Shown piece by piece: positions 63,620 to 64,000 of a DNA stretch of 64,000 nucleotides (positions are counted from its first letter, which is position 1; every line of letters begins with the position of its first letter). A program made the position numbers and the translations under genes. A model generated the notes under the pieces. That model did not search any database. It was not told where the DNA came from and saw only the letters and a program-made list of their open reading frames with translations. The stretch lies in assembly GCA_038087875.1 (NCBI GenBank), contig CM075997.1:2234001-2298000 (forward strand), in the 5' to 3' direction. The stretch is from Malacoraja senta. Lineage: Eukaryota.

Positions 63620-64000
63620 TGCCGCAGCCCCTCAGGTACCGGTGGAGGAACACATTGTCCTCGCGATGCCTGGAGTATGGACCAGGGTTCCGTCACAAAA
63701 ATGAAAGAAAACAATTTGGCCCAAGTGCCCTGTTGTTAAGGAGATGATGACACAATGCATGTTCCATGGGCTTACACAGTGAAGTCACAAAGGCCTTACT
63801 CTTTGTATCAACATTAGGACCAAGGACAAAGGACTTTTCTTGTCACATACACCAATTGGTGTAGTGAAATTTGAGTTGCCATTACAATTAGATGGTAGTA
63901 GATTGATTGCAGTTTAGTTTTCAGTTTAGAGATACAGCATGGAAACAGGCCCTTCGGCCCACCACCGACCAGCAATCCCCGCACATTAACACTATCCCAA

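Overview
Eukaryotic, repeat-dense vertebrate DNA. The repeat set (HE1/V-SINE-like SINEs, HER1/CR1 LINEs, Penelope-like elements) points to an elasmobranch such as a skate, ray or shark; this is inferred, not directly shown. Two convergent spliced genes can be rebuilt from splice sites and reading frame. (1) CAPNS1, calpain small subunit 1, + strand: 10 coding exons from 9920 to 38046, 669 nt, 222 aa, with a 19-nt micro-exon and one U12-type intron (27551-28970). (2) An uncharacterised MuRF-related RING/B-box/coiled-coil TRIM gene, - strand: 4 coding exons from 63619 to 49517, 387 aa. The rest is mostly nested mobile DNA: CR1, L1, Rex1-type and RTE-type non-LTR elements, tRNA-derived SINEs, PIF/Harbinger and Tc1/mariner/Tigger MITEs, and an ERV RNase H scrap. 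Top observations: (a) a very abundant Penelope-like terminal repeat carries a minimal hammerhead-ribozyme core (CTGAAGA-A-GGGT-YTCG-RCCC-GAAACGTY) and often inserts as palindromes with 11-17 bp TSDs; (b) an L1 insertion sits in the branch point/pyrimidine tract of the TRIM terminal exon, duplicating the acceptor signals and adding sense polyA signals; (c) both copies of an RTE-type short element lie at almost the same site of the Penelope repeat; (d) a precisely 21-bp-phased array of DMRT/SOX-like sites lies in CAPNS1 intron 1. Most ORFs in the supplied track are repeat-derived or spurious. No CRISPR, rRNA or true tRNA genes were seen.
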